DNA of 64,000 bases from Lachnospiraceae bacterium UBA5895 (GCA_002431915.1 DJEP01000026.1:9034-73033), one strand, 5' to 3'. Positions 38,443-48,206 are shown, numbered from the stretch's first letter. Notes: a model not told the origin generated them from the letters alone. Numbers and translations: made by a program.

Positions 38443-38515
38443 TTGTCTGTCTGATACTATCCTTTCACCGGATACGCATTCCGGTACCGCGCCAATCCAT
38501 TGCCGGCTCATTGTT

Positions 38516-38556
38516 CAAAAAAAGAGACTGCACTTAATTGTACAATCTCTTTTTTA
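38516..38556. terminator. Terminator after secDF (U-runs on both sides)
   Basis: 10-bp stem 38524-38533 / 38540-38549 (two G-U pairs in minus-strand RNA) with loop AAUUAA and a U7 tail on the minus strand. Confidence 0.7.
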
Positions 38557-38583
38557 TGGCTTTATAATTTTACAGGCTTTCTC

Positions 38584-40845
38584 TTATTTTGCTTTCGGTG
38601 CAAACTTTTTTCTCAGCACATACCACAGGGCACCTGCAATACATACGGAAGAATAAGCACCGCAGATGATACCTACCATCAGAGGCAGTGCGAAGTCACG
38701 GATGCTGGTAACACCCCAGATGTACAACGCGCCTACCATTACCAGAGTGGTCAGGGAAGTAAATAAGCTTCGGGACAGCGTCTGTGTAATGCTGCGGTTT
38801 ACGACATCCTGCAGGTCGTCCTTCTTGGTCATGACTGCCATATTCTCACGTACACGGTCGAATACTACGATAGTGGCGTTGATGGAGTAACCTACGATGG
38901 TCAGCAGACAGGCAATAAAGGTGTTGCTGACGGATACTCTTGCCAGTGCGTAGAAAGTAATTACTACTAGCACATCGTGCAGCAGGCAGGCGATACTGCT
39001 GACACCGAAACGGATATCGCTGAAACGGAAACGAATGTAAATCAGCATACAGATAATTGCTACTGCTACCGCCAGGATCGTATCGGACTTCATTTCATTA
39101 CTGATGGTGGAGCTTATGGTCTCGGAGGTAATTAGTGTCTCATCCACACCGAAGTTATCCACGAATACCTGGTTCAGTGCCTGTCTCTGATCCACATCCA
39201 GGGAAGTGGTCTTGAAGATAACTTCGTTGGAACCCTGTACGGTCTGGATCTGTACAGCGCTGCCGGTGGTGCTCTCGATCAGAGGTACCATCTCACTGTT
39301 GATCTCTTCCAGGGTATAGCTCTTGTCAAAAGTTACGGTAGTTGCGGTACCACCCTTGAACTCCAGACTGTAGTTCAGTGCATCACCGGTGTTCATCTTG
39401 TAGACACCCATGGTGATAAATCCAACAGCGATCACTGCCAGAGACAGTCCGAAGAAGATGCCCTTCTTGCCTAAGAAGTTGATCGTCTTGTGTTCCTTGC
39501 CGACGCCATACCACTTGGGATCCTTCAGTCCCAGTGCATAGAAGGCTTTCATGATATACTTGGTCACTACCAGTGCGGTGAACATGGATAATACAATACC
39601 AAGCGCCAGGGTCTGTGCGAATCCCTTGACAGTACCCGGTCCTAACAGCCACAGAACAGCTGCGGCGATCAGGGTGGTCACATTACCGTCAATAATAGCG
39701 GACAGTGCCTTGTCATAACCGATCTGCATCGCGCTCTTAACGGTCTTGCCGGTGGCCAGTTCCTCACGGATACGGGCAAATACGATAACGTTGGCATCTA
39801 CGGCCATACCGATGGACAGGATGATACCTGCGATACCGGACAGCGTCAGGGTCATGTCAAATCCGTTCAGTAACAGAACTACTAATGCTACATAGATGCC
39901 CAGTGCAAGTACGGATGCGAATCCGGGCAGGAAATATACTGCGATCATGAAAATGGCTACTACGATAAATCCGATGACAGCTGCCTTTAAGCTGGTGGAG
40001 ATAGCTTCCACACCCAGCTGTGCGCCTACGACTTTGGAATGCAGCTCTTCCAGCTCCAGCTTCAGTCCACCGATACGGATGGTGGAAGCCAGGTTCTCTG
40101 CTTCCTCATAGGAGTTCATGGGAGAAATCTGTGCATTACCGTCGGAGAACACACCCTTTACGGAGGGAACACTTATAAAGGATCCATCATAATAGATTCC
40201 CAGGGTCTCGCCCTTCTCGTAGGCATTTCTGGTAGCCTCTTCGAACTTTTTGGTACCTTCCTCCGTCATTACCAGATCTACCGCATACGTGGTGTTGCCC
40301 ATGGTCTGTTCTTTGAGAGAGCCTGCGGTAGCAGTCTTGACATCGGTACCCTCCAGCATAATGGAACCGTCTGCCTTCAGTTCATCGATGGTCTTGTTCA
40401 GCGCGTAAGCATAGCTTACATTGCCCTGTGCATCGGTCACGGCCTGCATGGAATAGTTCGCATTGCCGTCCTTATCGGTCTCTGCAATGAAATACAGGGA
40501 ACCGGGACGTCCCAGCTCTTCCAGGATCTTGTTGGCATCGGTTACGCCGGGGATCTCGATATTGATACGATCGGTACCCTCCTGGTATACGATGGCTTCT
40601 GTGCTGTAGTTCTCTACACGCTGCTGCAGCTTGGCAATGGTATCTGCCATATCTGTTGCGTCCGGCTCTTCATCGCCGACCACCTGGTAAGTGATGCTGA
40701 CACCACCTGCCAGATCCAGTCCCAGACTGATGTCTGAAGCACTGCCTGTTCCTTCTGCATCTACGCCATAGAGATCCACATAGCCAACGCCTAACAGGAT
40801 CAGAAGAGCACAGAGCAGAATGATGATTGCTTTACTTTTCTTCAT
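38584..40845 (-). CDS. secDF: Protein translocase subunit SecDF (fused)
   Basis: 753 aa. An N-terminal TM and large extracytoplasmic domain are followed by two six-TM SecD/SecF-type bundles. Confidence 0.92.
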   Translation of the reverse strand: MKKSKAIIILLCALLILLGVGYVDLYGVDAEGTGSASDISLGLDLAGGVSITYQVVGDEEPDATDMADTIAKLQQRVENYSTEAIVYQEGTDRINIEIPGVTDANKILEELGRPGSLYFIAETDKDGNANYSMQAVTDAQGNVSYAYALNKTIDELKADGSIMLEGTDVKTATAGSLKEQTMGNTTYAVDLVMTEEGTKKFEEATRNAYEKGETLGIYYDGSFISVPSVKGVFSDGNAQISPMNSYEEAENLASTIRIGGLKLELEELHSKVVGAQLGVEAISTSLKAAVIGFIVVAIFMIAVYFLPGFASVLALGIYVALVVLLLNGFDMTLTLSGIAGIILSIGMAVDANVIVFARIREELATGKTVKSAMQIGYDKALSAIIDGNVTTLIAAAVLWLLGPGTVKGFAQTLALGIVLSMFTALVVTKYIMKAFYALGLKDPKWYGVGKEHKTINFLGKKGIFFGLSLAVIAVGFITMGVYKMNTGDALNYSLEFKGGTATTVTFDKSYTLEEINSEMVPLIESTTGSAVQIQTVQGSNEVIFKTTSLDVDQRQALNQVFVDNFGVDETLITSETISSTISNEMKSDTILAVAVAIICMLIYIRFRFSDIRFGVSSIACLLHDVLVVITFYALARVSVSNTFIACLLTIVGYSINATIVVFDRVRENMAVMTKKDDLQDVVNRSITQTLSRSLFTSLTTLVMVGALYIWGVTSIRDFALPLMVGIICGAYSSVCIAGALWYVLRKKFAPKAK

Positions 40846-40861
40846 CTTTCCTTTGTCCTTT

Positions 40862-42259
40862 CTATTCTTCTGAAGCTTCTGCTGCTTCCGCAGCCTTCAG
40901 CATGATAGCACATTCAATACGTTTTCTCTGCAGTTCACAGCCGATGTCATACGCATCGTTGATGTTGCCGTGGAAATTATAGGAGTTCGCCGCACATCCG
41001 CCGCTGCAATAGAACTTGGCAAAGCACTTTTTGCACTTGTCCTTGGCATAGACATTACAGCACTTGAACTCATCCCGGATGTCGTCTCTTACCACGCCGG
41101 TGTCCACATTACCCATAAGGAACTTCTCATTTCCCACGAACTGGTGGCAGGGATACAGATCTCCCCAGGGGGTAACTGCCAGATATTCGGTACCGGATCC
41201 ACAGCCGGACAGTCTCTTTGCCACGCAGGGACCGCCCTGTAAGTCGATCATGAAGTGGAAGAAATTGAACGCCTTGCCCTCTTTCTTACGCTTGATCATC
41301 TCTACTGCCAGTTTATCGTATTCTTCCCTTAAGATCGGAAGGTCTTCTTCTCTGATAGCGTAATCATCCGTAGGCTGTGCCACAACGGGTTCCACGGAGA
41401 TCTGCTTGAAGCCTAAATCTGCCAGATACAGGACATCCTTGGAGAAGTCCAGATTATTGTGGGTGAAAGTACCGCGCACATAATAATTCATCTGGTCTCT
41501 GCTCTCCGCTACCTTCTGGAACTTGGGAACGATGATGTCATAGCTGCCCTGTCCGCCTCGGAAAGGACGCATCTTATCGTTGATCTCCTTACGTCCGTCG
41601 ATACTCAGCACGATGTTGCCCATTTCTTTATTCACGAACTCCAGGATCTCATCATTCAATAAGATGCCGTTGGTGGTCAGAGTAAAACGGAACTTTTTAT
41701 TGTTGGACTTCTCTAAGCTTCTGCCGTATTCTACCAGCTGCTTTACCACATCCCAGTTCATCAGGGGTTCGCCACCGAAGAAATCCACTTCCAGGTTCAC
41801 ACGGTTGCCGGAATTTGCCACCAGGAAATCCAGTGCCTTTTTGCCGACCTCAAAGCTCATCAGCGCTCTTCTGCCGTGGTACTCGCCTTCTTCTGCGAAA
41901 CAGTATCTGCAGGCAAGGTTACAGTCATGGGCAATGTGCAGGCACAGTGCCTTGACTACGGTCTGGCGCTTCTTAAAATCAAAAATGTAATTCTCGTAAA
42001 TATCGGGAGCAAACAGCTGTCCTGCTTTCTCCAGTTCCAGGACTTCGTCCACCGCTTCGGTGATCTCCTCCTGGGGATAGGGGATATTCGCAAGATTCAG
42101 TACAGCGGCTTTGATGGTGTCCGCATCTTTGATACCTTCTGTCACCAGAGGCTCCACTAACGGGATCATATCATATACAATATCATCTACCACATGGACG
42201 GAACCGCTGTTCACATCCATTACGATATTATAGCCGTTGCTCTTATACTGGTGTATCAC
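40862..42259 (-). CDS. scfB: Radical SAM/SPASM maturase for the SCIFF peptide
   Basis: CNLACRYC radical SAM motif and a Cys-rich SPASM C-terminus. Start placed at GTG 42259 (MIHQYKSNGYNIVMDVNSG, SD AGAGGAA). It sits immediately downstream of scfA. Confidence 0.88.
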   Translation of the reverse strand: MIHQYKSNGYNIVMDVNSGSVHVVDDIVYDMIPLVEPLVTEGIKDADTIKAAVLNLANIPYPQEEITEAVDEVLELEKAGQLFAPDIYENYIFDFKKRQTVVKALCLHIAHDCNLACRYCFAEEGEYHGRRALMSFEVGKKALDFLVANSGNRVNLEVDFFGGEPLMNWDVVKQLVEYGRSLEKSNNKKFRFTLTTNGILLNDEILEFVNKEMGNIVLSIDGRKEINDKMRPFRGGQGSYDIIVPKFQKVAESRDQMNYYVRGTFTHNNLDFSKDVLYLADLGFKQISVEPVVAQPTDDYAIREEDLPILREEYDKLAVEMIKRKKEGKAFNFFHFMIDLQGGPCVAKRLSGCGSGTEYLAVTPWGDLYPCHQFVGNEKFLMGNVDTGVVRDDIRDEFKCCNVYAKDKCKKCFAKFYCSGGCAANSYNFHGNINDAYDIGCELQRKRIECAIMLKAAEAAEASEE

Positions 42260-42309
42260 AGTTTTATTCCTCTTCTTTCTACTTCTTATTGCCTGAAATA
42301 CATTAACAT

Positions 42310-42356
42310 TAACTATTCGGAACTCCATTCGCAAAATCGTCCTTCAGATTTTCCAA
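42310..42356. repeat. Half copy D of the AACTATTCAG-terminus repeat family
   Basis: TAACTATTCGGAACTCCATTCGCAAAATCGTCCTTCAGA aligns with copy A CAACTATTCAGCACTCCATTCGCAAAATCGCTCTTTCAGA. Confidence 0.65.
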
Positions 42357-42372
42357 AATAATTAACAGAGAA

Positions 42373-42398
42373 TAAGCAGCGACCTGAATCGCTGCTTA
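42373..42398 (-). terminator. Hairpin/partial terminator between scfA and scfB
   Basis: Perfect 10-bp stem TAAGCAGCGA / TCGCTGCTTA with a 6-nt loop and a U-rich but interrupted tail on the minus strand. Confidence 0.55.
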
Positions 42399-42424
42399 CG
42401 TTAGTCTCTTCTCATTTTCTTAGA

Positions 42425-42568
42425 TTATTTAATCTTTTCACAACTCTGGTTTCCTACAGTGCAGGACGTCTTACATGCGGACTGGCAGGAAGTCTGGCAC
42501 TCGCCGCAGCCGCCCTTTTTCATGGATTCCTTTAAATCTCTGGTTGTTAAAGTCTTAATATGCTTCAT
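42425..42568 (-). CDS. scfA: SCIFF ribosomal peptide precursor (six cysteines in forty-five residues)
   Basis: MKHIKTLTTRDLKESMKKGGCGECQTSCQSACKTSCTVGNQSCEKIK (47 aa) with strong SD AAGGAGG. The track ORF 42425-42655 contains it with a spurious N-terminal extension. Confidence 0.92.
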   Translation of the reverse strand: MKHIKTLTTRDLKESMKKGGCGECQTSCQSACKTSCTVGNQSCEKIK

Positions 42569-42653
42569 TAAAAATAGCCTCCTTATGATTTCAGAGCGTC
42601 TGTAGACGCCTAGCGTGTAAGTAAAATTGCAGACACGCGACTCAATTTTGCTC

Positions 42654-42681
42654 ATTATATCATGTATTTGGCATTTGTAAA
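42654..42681 (-). promoter_or_regulatory. Candidate promoter for scfA-scfB
   Basis: Minus strand reads TTTACA - 16 nt - TATAAT. The leader of about 80 nt contains two hairpins. Confidence 0.45.
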
Positions 42682-42737
42682 AGCTTTTTTCTCAAAAAGA
42701 ATTAAAAAAACGTCAAAATCCTGTCTGTTTGTGTATT

Positions 42738-43118
42738 TCAGCCCAGCATTCCGCCCAAAGTCCCCCCTGCCACACACAATACCAACGTGGTCCAAAAGGA
42801 ATTCCCCAGTGCCGTCTCCGGGGTTCTGACTAACGCCGATACCGCCGCCAGGATTACAAAATACGCGGCACCCATGAGTGCCCCCCACAGATATTTCTGT
42901 TTTCCTATTTTCTTCCCGGCTAAAAAGCCTGCCGTAAAAGTAGTCACCACATAGATGGCGGAGATTGCGATGGTCACCATTCCTTCCGTCAGATGCAGTT
43001 TGTACAATAAAAGTGCCAGCAGGCATAAAAGCAGCAATGTCAGCACATAAGATGCCAGCAGACACTTCGCCAGTGCTGCTACGGGGATGCCCTCTTTTCC
43101 CTCTCCTCTTTTTTCCAT
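42738..43118 (-). CDS. Small four-TM membrane protein of unknown function
   Basis: 126 aa with four hydrophobic segments and no recognisable motif. Confidence 0.55.
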   Translation of the reverse strand: MEKRGEGKEGIPVAALAKCLLASYVLTLLLLCLLALLLYKLHLTEGMVTIAISAIYVVTTFTAGFLAGKKIGKQKYLWGALMGAAYFVILAAVSALVRTPETALGNSFWTTLVLCVAGGTLGGMLG

Positions 43119-43170
43119 GTCGATCCTCCTTTTACCTATGTAAAATGTATATTCAAAAGCCCCGGGAAAC

Positions 43171-43200
43171 TTGACAACTATTCCTGTCCTATTGTATATT
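43171..43200 (+). promoter_or_regulatory. Candidate promoter for the CNNM/hemolysin-family gene
   Basis: TTGACA - 18 nt - TATATT, 62 nt upstream of the TTG start. Confidence 0.5.
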
Positions 43201-43261
43201 GTTGCTTAATAACACATAAATGAGGCATATGCCTACTATTTTAAAGAAGGAGTGAACTTTT

Positions 43262-44560
43262 TTGGATACCTCTGGTGTCATACAACTTGTTTCTATTGTA
43301 ATTCTGATTTTTCTGTCCGGCTTTTTCTCTTCTGCCGAGACGGCACTGTCCACGGTCAACCGTGTGCGGATGCGTACCCTGGAAGAGGAAGGCAACAAGC
43401 GTGCCGCACGCGTCAGCAAAGTTCTGGATCATTACAGTAAAATGATCAGTACGATTCTGATCGGTAATAATATTGTAAATCTGACCGCATCTTCCCTGGC
43501 AACTACATTAGCTATGCGAATCAATCTGGCTGTAGGTATCGCGACCGGCGTTCTGACCATCGTCGTACTGCTCTGCGGTGAGATCGTCCCCAAGACCTGG
43601 GCAATGTTGTATTCCGAGAAGCTGGCGTTAACCTATTGTAATGTAATTTATTTTCTGATGCAGGTACTTACACCGGTCATCTTCATCGTGGATCTGCTGT
43701 CCCACGGTATCATGAGGCTGTTACATATCGATCCGAATAAAAAAGCCAGCGCCATGACCGAAAACGAATTAAAGACTTATGTGGATGTCAGCCACGAAGA
43801 TGGTGTCATCGAATCTGAAGAGCGTAAGCTGATCTATAACGTGTTCGATTTCTCCGATGCCCATGCCAAGGATATCATGATTCCCCGTATCAATATGGTA
43901 ACGGTGAGTCTGGATGCCACCTATGACGATGTTCTGGAAGTTTTCCGTGATTCCATGTATACCAGACTTCCGGTCTATGAGGACGACAAGGACAATATCA
44001 TCGGTCTCATCAATATCAAGGACTTTATCCTGACGGAGGATCAGAGTGCTTTCCATGTGGGAAATATCTTAAGAGACGCTTATTATACTTACGAATATAA
44101 AAAGATTGCCGATCTGATGTACGAGATGCGGGAAAAGACCACCAACGTCTCTTTTGTATTAAATGAGTACGGTGCTACCGTAGGTATGATCACTTTGGAA
44201 GATCTGTTAGAGGAAATCGTCGGCGAGATCCGTGATGAATACGACGAAGACGAAGAAGAACTGATTCAGAAGATGTCCGACAATACTTACCTGGTAGAAG
44301 GCAGCATGAAATTAGACGACATCAATGATGCTCTGGGTACGAATCTGACCAGTGAGGATTATGATTCCATCGGCGGTCTGATCATAGACTGTCTGGATCG
44401 TCTGCCGGAGGATGGCGAGGAAGTCACCCTGGAGAATGGCATTCACTTAAAGGTACAGGGTATCGATCAGAACCGTATCGTGAAAGTGTTAATCACCATT
44501 CCTGAGCCCTCTGCGGAACACGCTGCCGACGATCAGGAATCTTCAGAAAATCACGAATAG
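43262..44560 (+). CDS. CNNM/TlyC-family membrane protein (DUF21 + CBS pair + CorC/HlyC domain)
   Basis: 432 aa with a TTG start and SD GAAGGAG. The N-terminal TM domain carries FFSSAETAL, followed by two CBS-like repeats and a C-terminal transporter-associated domain. Confidence 0.85.
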   Translation: MDTSGVIQLVSIVILIFLSGFFSSAETALSTVNRVRMRTLEEEGNKRAARVSKVLDHYSKMISTILIGNNIVNLTASSLATTLAMRINLAVGIATGVLTIVVLLCGEIVPKTWAMLYSEKLALTYCNVIYFLMQVLTPVIFIVDLLSHGIMRLLHIDPNKKASAMTENELKTYVDVSHEDGVIESEERKLIYNVFDFSDAHAKDIMIPRINMVTVSLDATYDDVLEVFRDSMYTRLPVYEDDKDNIIGLINIKDFILTEDQSAFHVGNILRDAYYTYEYKKIADLMYEMREKTTNVSFVLNEYGATVGMITLEDLLEEIVGEIRDEYDEDEEELIQKMSDNTYLVEGSMKLDDINDALGTNLTSEDYDSIGGLIIDCLDRLPEDGEEVTLENGIHLKVQGIDQNRIVKVLITIPEPSAEHAADDQESSENHE

Positions 44561-44616
44561 CACCATAGCTTCCGCTCTTTTTGCTGATCGTGATGTGAAT
44601 AATGAAAGGGATACGA

Positions 44617-44889
44617 ATGTCACAGAATAAAAACACAGAAAACAAGAAAACAAAAATGACTTCCAAACAGATCTTTGCGATCATTGGAATCGTGGTGCTG
44701 GTGCTGTTATATGTCGTAACGCTGCTGGCGGCGATCTTCGACAGTTCCGCCAGCCATGCGCTGTTCGCTGTCTGCCTGTTGGCGACAGTAGCCATTCCTC
44801 TTCTCATCTGGATCTACACCTGGATGTTCGGGAAGCTCACGAACCGCTCCACCTTCGCAGACTTCCATCCGGAAGAGAAAGATAACTAG
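44617..44889 (+). CDS. Small two-TM membrane protein
   Basis: About 90 aa. Start placed at ATG 44617 (SD AAAGGGA). The stop overlaps the stop of the convergent HAD gene within CTAG. Confidence 0.45.
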   Translation: MSQNKNTENKKTKMTSKQIFAIIGIVVLVLLYVVTLLAAIFDSSASHALFAVCLLATVAIPLLIWIYTWMFGKLTNRSTFADFHPEEKDN

Positions 44890-45491
44890 CAGTCCACCCC
44901 AAGCTTGCGTAGTTCCTCTTCCGCCTGTTCTTTGGTCAGGAAGTGGATGCCATGGATGCCCTGCTCTTCGGCAGCCTGGACATTTTTCAGGGTATCATCC
45001 AGGAATACGCTCTCTTCTGCCTTTAATCCATAACGATTTAACAGCAGCTGATAGATCTCCGGTTCCGGTTTGATCAGATGCTCCTTATAGGACAGGATAC
45101 CGCCCTCCATCTCCGGCAGGAAATCCAATGCTTCTGCGCATTCCGTCTCTGCCTTTTTGGAAAAATTGGACAGGTAATACACATGATATCCCTTAGCTTT
45201 CAGTTCCTGTAACCAGGGAATGGCGTAGGCTCTGGGGGTTACGATTCCGGCAATACTCGTAAATGCCTGATATAACTCCTTCTCCAGCTCCGGAGCATCT
45301 TTCACGAATGCAGCCAGTACCTGTTCATCCGTCCAGGTACCGCGATCATACTCTGCCCATGCGGGATGCATCACGGATGCCTTGGCGATCTTTTTAATCA
45401 TATCCGCATCAAAACCCTTGTCCGCCAGAAAGCCTTCCCAGCGATAGTCTGTCAGTACATTTCCGATGTCAAAAATTATATTGCGTATCAT
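44886..45491 (-). CDS. HAD-superfamily hydrolase
   Basis: 201 aa. Motif I is IIFDIGNVL, with later LSN and DD motifs (VFLDDTLKN). Confidence 0.8.
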   Translation of the reverse strand: MIRNIIFDIGNVLTDYRWEGFLADKGFDADMIKKIAKASVMHPAWAEYDRGTWTDEQVLAAFVKDAPELEKELYQAFTSIAGIVTPRAYAIPWLQELKAKGYHVYYLSNFSKKAETECAEALDFLPEMEGGILSYKEHLIKPEPEIYQLLLNRYGLKAEESVFLDDTLKNVQAAEEQGIHGIHFLTKEQAEEELRKLGVDC

Positions 45492-45593
45492 AACTCTTCT
45501 CTCCTATTCATTTTACCTGTCACTTTTCATCCAAAGCAGCTCCGGCTCCGTCCGTATATCCTCTTTTTCGTCAGCGCTTTTCCGCCGTCATTT

Positions 45594-46502
45594 TTATGCC
45601 TTTGCTTCTTCCTGTCTGTCCAGTTCCATGATCTCCAACAGTTTCTCTGCCGCCGGCGCCATAGTCATCTTCGTATTCCTTACGACACAGAACTGTCTCT
45701 TTGGTATCATTTTATTGAACCTGAGTTCAAAAAGCAAGCCGGATTCTACATAATCTCTGGCAAAATCCCGCATCACACACCCTACGCCCAGGTTCCGTCT
45801 GACGAACTGTACGATCATATCACTGGTTGCCAGTTCAAATTCCGGCTGCACATAGACGCCGTTGCCCGCCAGGAATTCATCCATGTAGCTGCGGCTGCTG
45901 GTATTTTTCTCAAGAAATATAAGCGGCAGGCTCTCCAGCTCCTGGAAATCCAGCGTCTTATTTTTATACCCGAAAAATCTTCTTCCCGCCACGAAGACAT
46001 CCTCGATCTCCCGCACCGGGATCATCTTAATATCCGGTCTCTCCGGAAACGGAGTGCTGACGATGCCGAAATCGATCCTGCCTTCTCTTAAATAATTCAG
46101 GGTCTCCGGCGTCGGTGCATTGGTAACAATCACCTTGATCCCGGGATACTGCTCATGGAACTTCTCCAGATAGGGAAGCAGGTAGAACTGCAGCGTCATA
46201 TCGCTGGCACCGATCCGGACTTCACCCAGCTCCACATTCTGCATCTGGTGGATCTTCTTCACTCCCAGTTCAATCTGCTCATATCCTTTTGCCACATAGG
46301 AGTACAGCAATTCGCCCTCGCCGGTCAGCCGCACACCTTTTGCCGCCCGGTGGAAAAGCGACACATCCAGCGTATTTTCCAGCTGTTTGACAGCCTGACT
46401 GACAGCCGGCTGTGAAATGGACAGCTCACCTGCCGCCTTCGTCACACTTCCGCATTTTGCCACATAATAAAATACTTTATATGCTTCCAGATTATTGATC
46501 AT
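45594..46502 (-). CDS. LysR-family transcriptional regulator
   Basis: 302 aa with N-terminal wHTH (AAGELSISQPAVSQAVKQLE) and a LysR substrate-binding domain. Confidence 0.88.
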   Translation of the reverse strand: MINNLEAYKVFYYVAKCGSVTKAAGELSISQPAVSQAVKQLENTLDVSLFHRAAKGVRLTGEGELLYSYVAKGYEQIELGVKKIHQMQNVELGEVRIGASDMTLQFYLLPYLEKFHEQYPGIKVIVTNAPTPETLNYLREGRIDFGIVSTPFPERPDIKMIPVREIEDVFVAGRRFFGYKNKTLDFQELESLPLIFLEKNTSSRSYMDEFLAGNGVYVQPEFELATSDMIVQFVRRNLGVGCVMRDFARDYVESGLLFELRFNKMIPKRQFCVVRNTKMTMAPAAEKLLEIMELDRQEEAKA

Positions 46503-46623
46503 ATCGCGACTCCCACCCGATTTGTATGCTCCACGCGGCGATTCCGCCTACCGTCCGGAGGCTATTCATTCGCCAAATACAGATTCCTGTGCAAGCACAA
46601 AACTGTACTTGGCTCATCGTATA

Positions 46624-46664
46624 CACAAAAGGACATGGGCTGCATCTTGTGCCGCACCATGCCC
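46624..46664 (-). terminator. Candidate terminator after purA
   Basis: Minus-strand RNA is GGGCAUGG...CCAUGUCC (the G-U pair forms only on this strand) followed by UUUUGUGU. Confidence 0.5.
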
Positions 46665-46714
46665 TCTTCCGCATTGTTCTGCTATTACTTATTACAATAT
46701 TACAAATCTTCCGA

Positions 46715-48007
46715 TTATTTCTTCAGAGGACTCTCACGATAAATGATATCTTCTCTTCCCGGACCGTTGCTGACCATGGTAATAGGGAATCCAATCTGTT
46801 CCTCTATGAATTCTACGTACTTTCTGCAGTTCTCGGGCAGATCCTCGAATTTTCTGATGCCACGGATATCGCACTTCCAACCGGGCAGCTTCTTCAATAC
46901 CGGCTTTGCCTTCTCCAGCTTGTAGGTCACAGGGAAGTCCGTAGTAACTTCACCGTCGATCTCATATCCCACGCATACAGGAATCTCATCCAGATATCCC
47001 AGTGCATCCAGTACGGTAAATGCCACATCGGTAGCACCCTGCAGACGGCAGCCATACTTGGTAGCCACACAGTCGAACCACCCCATACGTCTGGGACGTC
47101 CTGTGGTCGCACCGAATTCACCGCCGTCACCACCGCGGCGACGTAACTCATCAGCCTCGTCTCCGAAGATCTCGGATACGAAAGCGCCTGCTCCTACGGC
47201 GGAAGAATATGCCTTACTTACAGTCACGATCTGCTTGATCTCATAAGGAGGAATACCTGCTCCGATGGCACCGTATGCTGCCAGCGTGGAAGAAGAAGTT
47301 ACCATAGGGTAGATTCCGTGATCCGGATCCTTCATGGTACCTAACTGACCCTCTAACAGAATGGTCTTGCCCTCTTTTAATGCTTTATCCAAGAATGCGG
47401 ATACATCGCATACAAAAGGTGCGATCATATCGCGATACTCATGCAGAGTATTTAACAGTTCTGCGGGATCGATCAGGGGCTTGTGGTACAGATGCTCCAA
47501 GATAACATTCTTCATCTCGCTGACGCGCTGTACCTTTTCCTCTAACAGTTCGTCATCGAATAACTCACTTACCTGGAAACCGATCTTCGCATACTTATCA
47601 GAATAGAAAGGTGCAATACCGGACTTGGTAGATCCGAAGGACTTACCGCCCAGTCTCTCCTCTTCGTACTGGTCAAATAAAATATGATAAGGCATTACCA
47701 TCTGTGCACGGTCGGATACCAGAATCTTGGGCATCGGAACATTTCTGTCTGTGATAGACTTGATCTCCTTCATCAGGATGGGAATGTTTAACGCCACGCC
47801 GTTACCGATCACGCTGGTGGTATGATTGTAAAATACACCGGAAGGAAGGGTGTGCAGAGCAAATTTACCATAATTGTTCACGATGGTATGTCCTGCGTTT
47901 GCGCCGCCCTGAAAACGTACGATAATGTCCGCTTTCTCTGCCAGCATATCTGTGATCTTTCCTTTTCCTTCGTCGCCCCAGTTGGCTCCTACAACTGCCT
48001 TTACCAT
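46715..48007 (-). CDS. purA: Adenylosuccinate synthase
   Basis: P-loop GANWGDEGKGKITD and GGANAGHT. Start placed at MVKAVVG (48007), because the track start ATGGAGGAAAAC is itself the SD. Confidence 0.95.
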   Translation of the reverse strand: MVKAVVGANWGDEGKGKITDMLAEKADIIVRFQGGANAGHTIVNNYGKFALHTLPSGVFYNHTTSVIGNGVALNIPILMKEIKSITDRNVPMPKILVSDRAQMVMPYHILFDQYEEERLGGKSFGSTKSGIAPFYSDKYAKIGFQVSELFDDELLEEKVQRVSEMKNVILEHLYHKPLIDPAELLNTLHEYRDMIAPFVCDVSAFLDKALKEGKTILLEGQLGTMKDPDHGIYPMVTSSSTLAAYGAIGAGIPPYEIKQIVTVSKAYSSAVGAGAFVSEIFGDEADELRRRGGDGGEFGATTGRPRRMGWFDCVATKYGCRLQGATDVAFTVLDALGYLDEIPVCVGYEIDGEVTTDFPVTYKLEKAKPVLKKLPGWKCDIRGIRKFEDLPENCRKYVEFIEEQIGFPITMVSNGPGREDIIYRESPLKK

Positions 48008-48206
48008 GTTTTCCTCCATTCTTTATCACAGTTCGTGATAAATCTAACTCAAATCTCTTACTTTTGTGAGGGAAAAACATTTCTCCCACACTGCTTTCCA
48101 GTATACATCACTTTGTAATATAAGTAAAATCAATATTTATTATATTTATTATAATCTACATCTATATCCAAAACGCGCAGCGTTTTGACATGCGAAACTT
48201 TTCGCA

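Noticed and set aside
40039-40737. 232-aa plus-strand ORF
   Set aside because: It is antisense to secDF.
42655-43065. 136-aa minus-strand ORF overlapping the 126-aa membrane protein ORF in another frame
   Set aside because: The 42738-43118 frame gives four clean TM helices. The alternative frame gives a Gly/Arg/Cys-rich sequence without features and runs into the scfA promoter.
44886-44889. Overlapping convergent stop codons within CTAG (small membrane ORF and HAD gene)
   Set aside because: This is a real feature of the sequence but a trivial consequence of tight convergent packing. No functional implication is apparent.
46503-46620. About 110-nt leader upstream of the LysR gene, examined for a riboswitch or T-box
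   Set aside because: I could not recognise any conserved riboswitch core or specifier/T-box sequence. Only generic GC-rich pairing is present.
48042-48206. Purine riboswitch upstream of purA (also checked upstream of purF and purC)
   Set aside because: The characteristic junction sequences of guanine/adenine aptamers are not present. Only two short hairpins consistent with termination after the upstream gene were found.
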